Below, piece after piece: positions 63,197-64,000 of a DNA stretch of 64,000 bases. Source of the stretch: a virus; IMG/VR virus record IMGVR_UViG_3300032235_000428, positions 38,461 to 102,460 of that record. One strand, given 5' to 3'. Position 1 is the first letter of the stretch. Each line of letters starts with the position of its first letter. The position numbers were made by a program, and so were the translations under genes. The notes under the pieces are model-generated. The model saw only the letters and a list, made by a program, of their open reading frames with translations. It was not told where the DNA came from and ran no database searches.

Positions 63197-63452
63197 CAAT
63201 AATCAAACAATAACGACACTGAAAAATAAAAGTTTCTTTTTGCCAGGTTTTCTTCACACCATTTTCTTCCCAAGAATACACAACTTCGTGCCAAGGGTCT
63301 GTTTCTCCATAAGAATTAAAACCCTCAACGGTCACATAACCCTTGGAACCATCTGCCCGTGCCCAACGAGAACCAACTTGGATTTCGTGTGGTTCAAAGA
63401 AATGACGGACAACTGCTTTGTGCCCATCTATGATTTCAGTTTCGTAGTTCAT
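63186..63452 (-). CDS. Hypothetical early protein
   Basis: HEIQVGSRW...FIFQCRYCLI. Confidence 0.7.
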   Translation of the reverse strand: MNYETEIIDGHKAVVRHFFEPHEIQVGSRWARADGSKGYVTVEGFNSYGETDPWHEVVYSWEENGVKKTWQKETFIFQCRYCLIIEDT

Positions 63453-63474
63453 CGGTTTGGTTGCTTATGAAAGT

Positions 63475-63532
63475 ATTATAAGGCATCCAGAGGCATCCAG
63501 AGCATCCCCTGTGCCAGTTCGTCAAGTGTCCT
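63475..63532 (-). promoter_or_regulatory. Early promoter (-10 TATAAT, GGACACTT-N-AACTGGCACA box)
   Basis: Shares ATGAAAGTATTATAAGGCA (+ strand) with 63131; box at 63510-63532. Confidence 0.7.
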
Positions 63533-63625
63533 TACACCGATGTAATGGAATACGAAGAAACTGAAAGAACCTTCCAATATATCCTATCTGTGCTCCACAT
63601 TTTTGACAACGATAAGATGCATAAG

Positions 63626-64000
63626 TCATTTCTCATCCACCCATCTAAAAGAAAGACATTTATCCATAAACCAACGAGTAATAGCATTCGGTTTAGTTGT
63701 CATATAAAACCTCAAATAACCATTTCCAATCGTATAATAACCTTCGTGTTTATTTCCTTGTTTGATTACAAAACTGGAAGTAATATTACTACCAGTCGCA
63801 ATAAGGTTAGAATATGTAAGTTTAGGTGGAAATTGTCCGTGTTCCTTCGCATACTTAAAGTCCTCAATAATTCTATTGAACCTTTGATTGTAAAGATACT
63901 CTTGATGACATTTGAGTTCAGCAAACTTATGCTTGATACTCTCAATTCGTTTATCAATCTTCTCATCAAACTCTTGTGAGATTTCTTCCAGAGTTTTAGG
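63626..64000 (-). CDS. Hypothetical protein, 5' end outside the window
   Basis: Open frame from 64000 (PKTLEEISQEFDEK...) to the TGA at 63626. Confidence 0.6.
   Translation of the reverse strand, partial: PKTLEEISQEFDEKIDKRIESIKHKFAELKCHQEYLYNQRFNRIIEDFKYAKEHGQFPPKLTYSNLIATGSNITSSFVIKQGNKHEGYYTIGNGYLRFYMTTKPNAITRWFMDKCLSFRWVDEK

Noticed and set aside
63482-63506. GCATCCAGAG short tandem repeat
   Set aside because: About 2.5 copies in a promoter spacer; likely slippage with no evident function.

Overview
64 kb of a T4-like cyanomyovirus (Kyanoviridae-like) genome. Essentially all genes are on the minus strand. 1-43.8 kb is an AT-rich late/virion module with NATAAATA late promoters: gp25-gp6-gp7-gp8-VrlC/DUF4815-gp13-gp14-gp15-gp16, followed by a block of very large fibre-like proteins. 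44-49 kb holds a late-promoter cassette (SGNH / amidinotransferase / SGNH), a GT2-like protein and small conserved ORFs. 49-64 kb is the early region: many small ORFs with repeated promoter cassettes, tRNA-Leu(UAA), an array of phased 13-bp near-palindromes between divergent sigma70 promoters (candidate origin or operator), a pentapeptide-repeat protein and an EndoVII-type nuclease. The most striking observation is in the partial CDS at 1-3784, which the ORF track misses. It carries a ~550-aa insertion of three nested phycobiliprotein-like domains, each keeping the C-x-R-D (Cys84-type) motif and a Cys155-like residue. This suggests a bilin-binding virion protein. An NblA-like small ORF lies in the same late module. 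All family assignments come from motif recognition by eye, with reference sequences recalled from memory; no searches were run.
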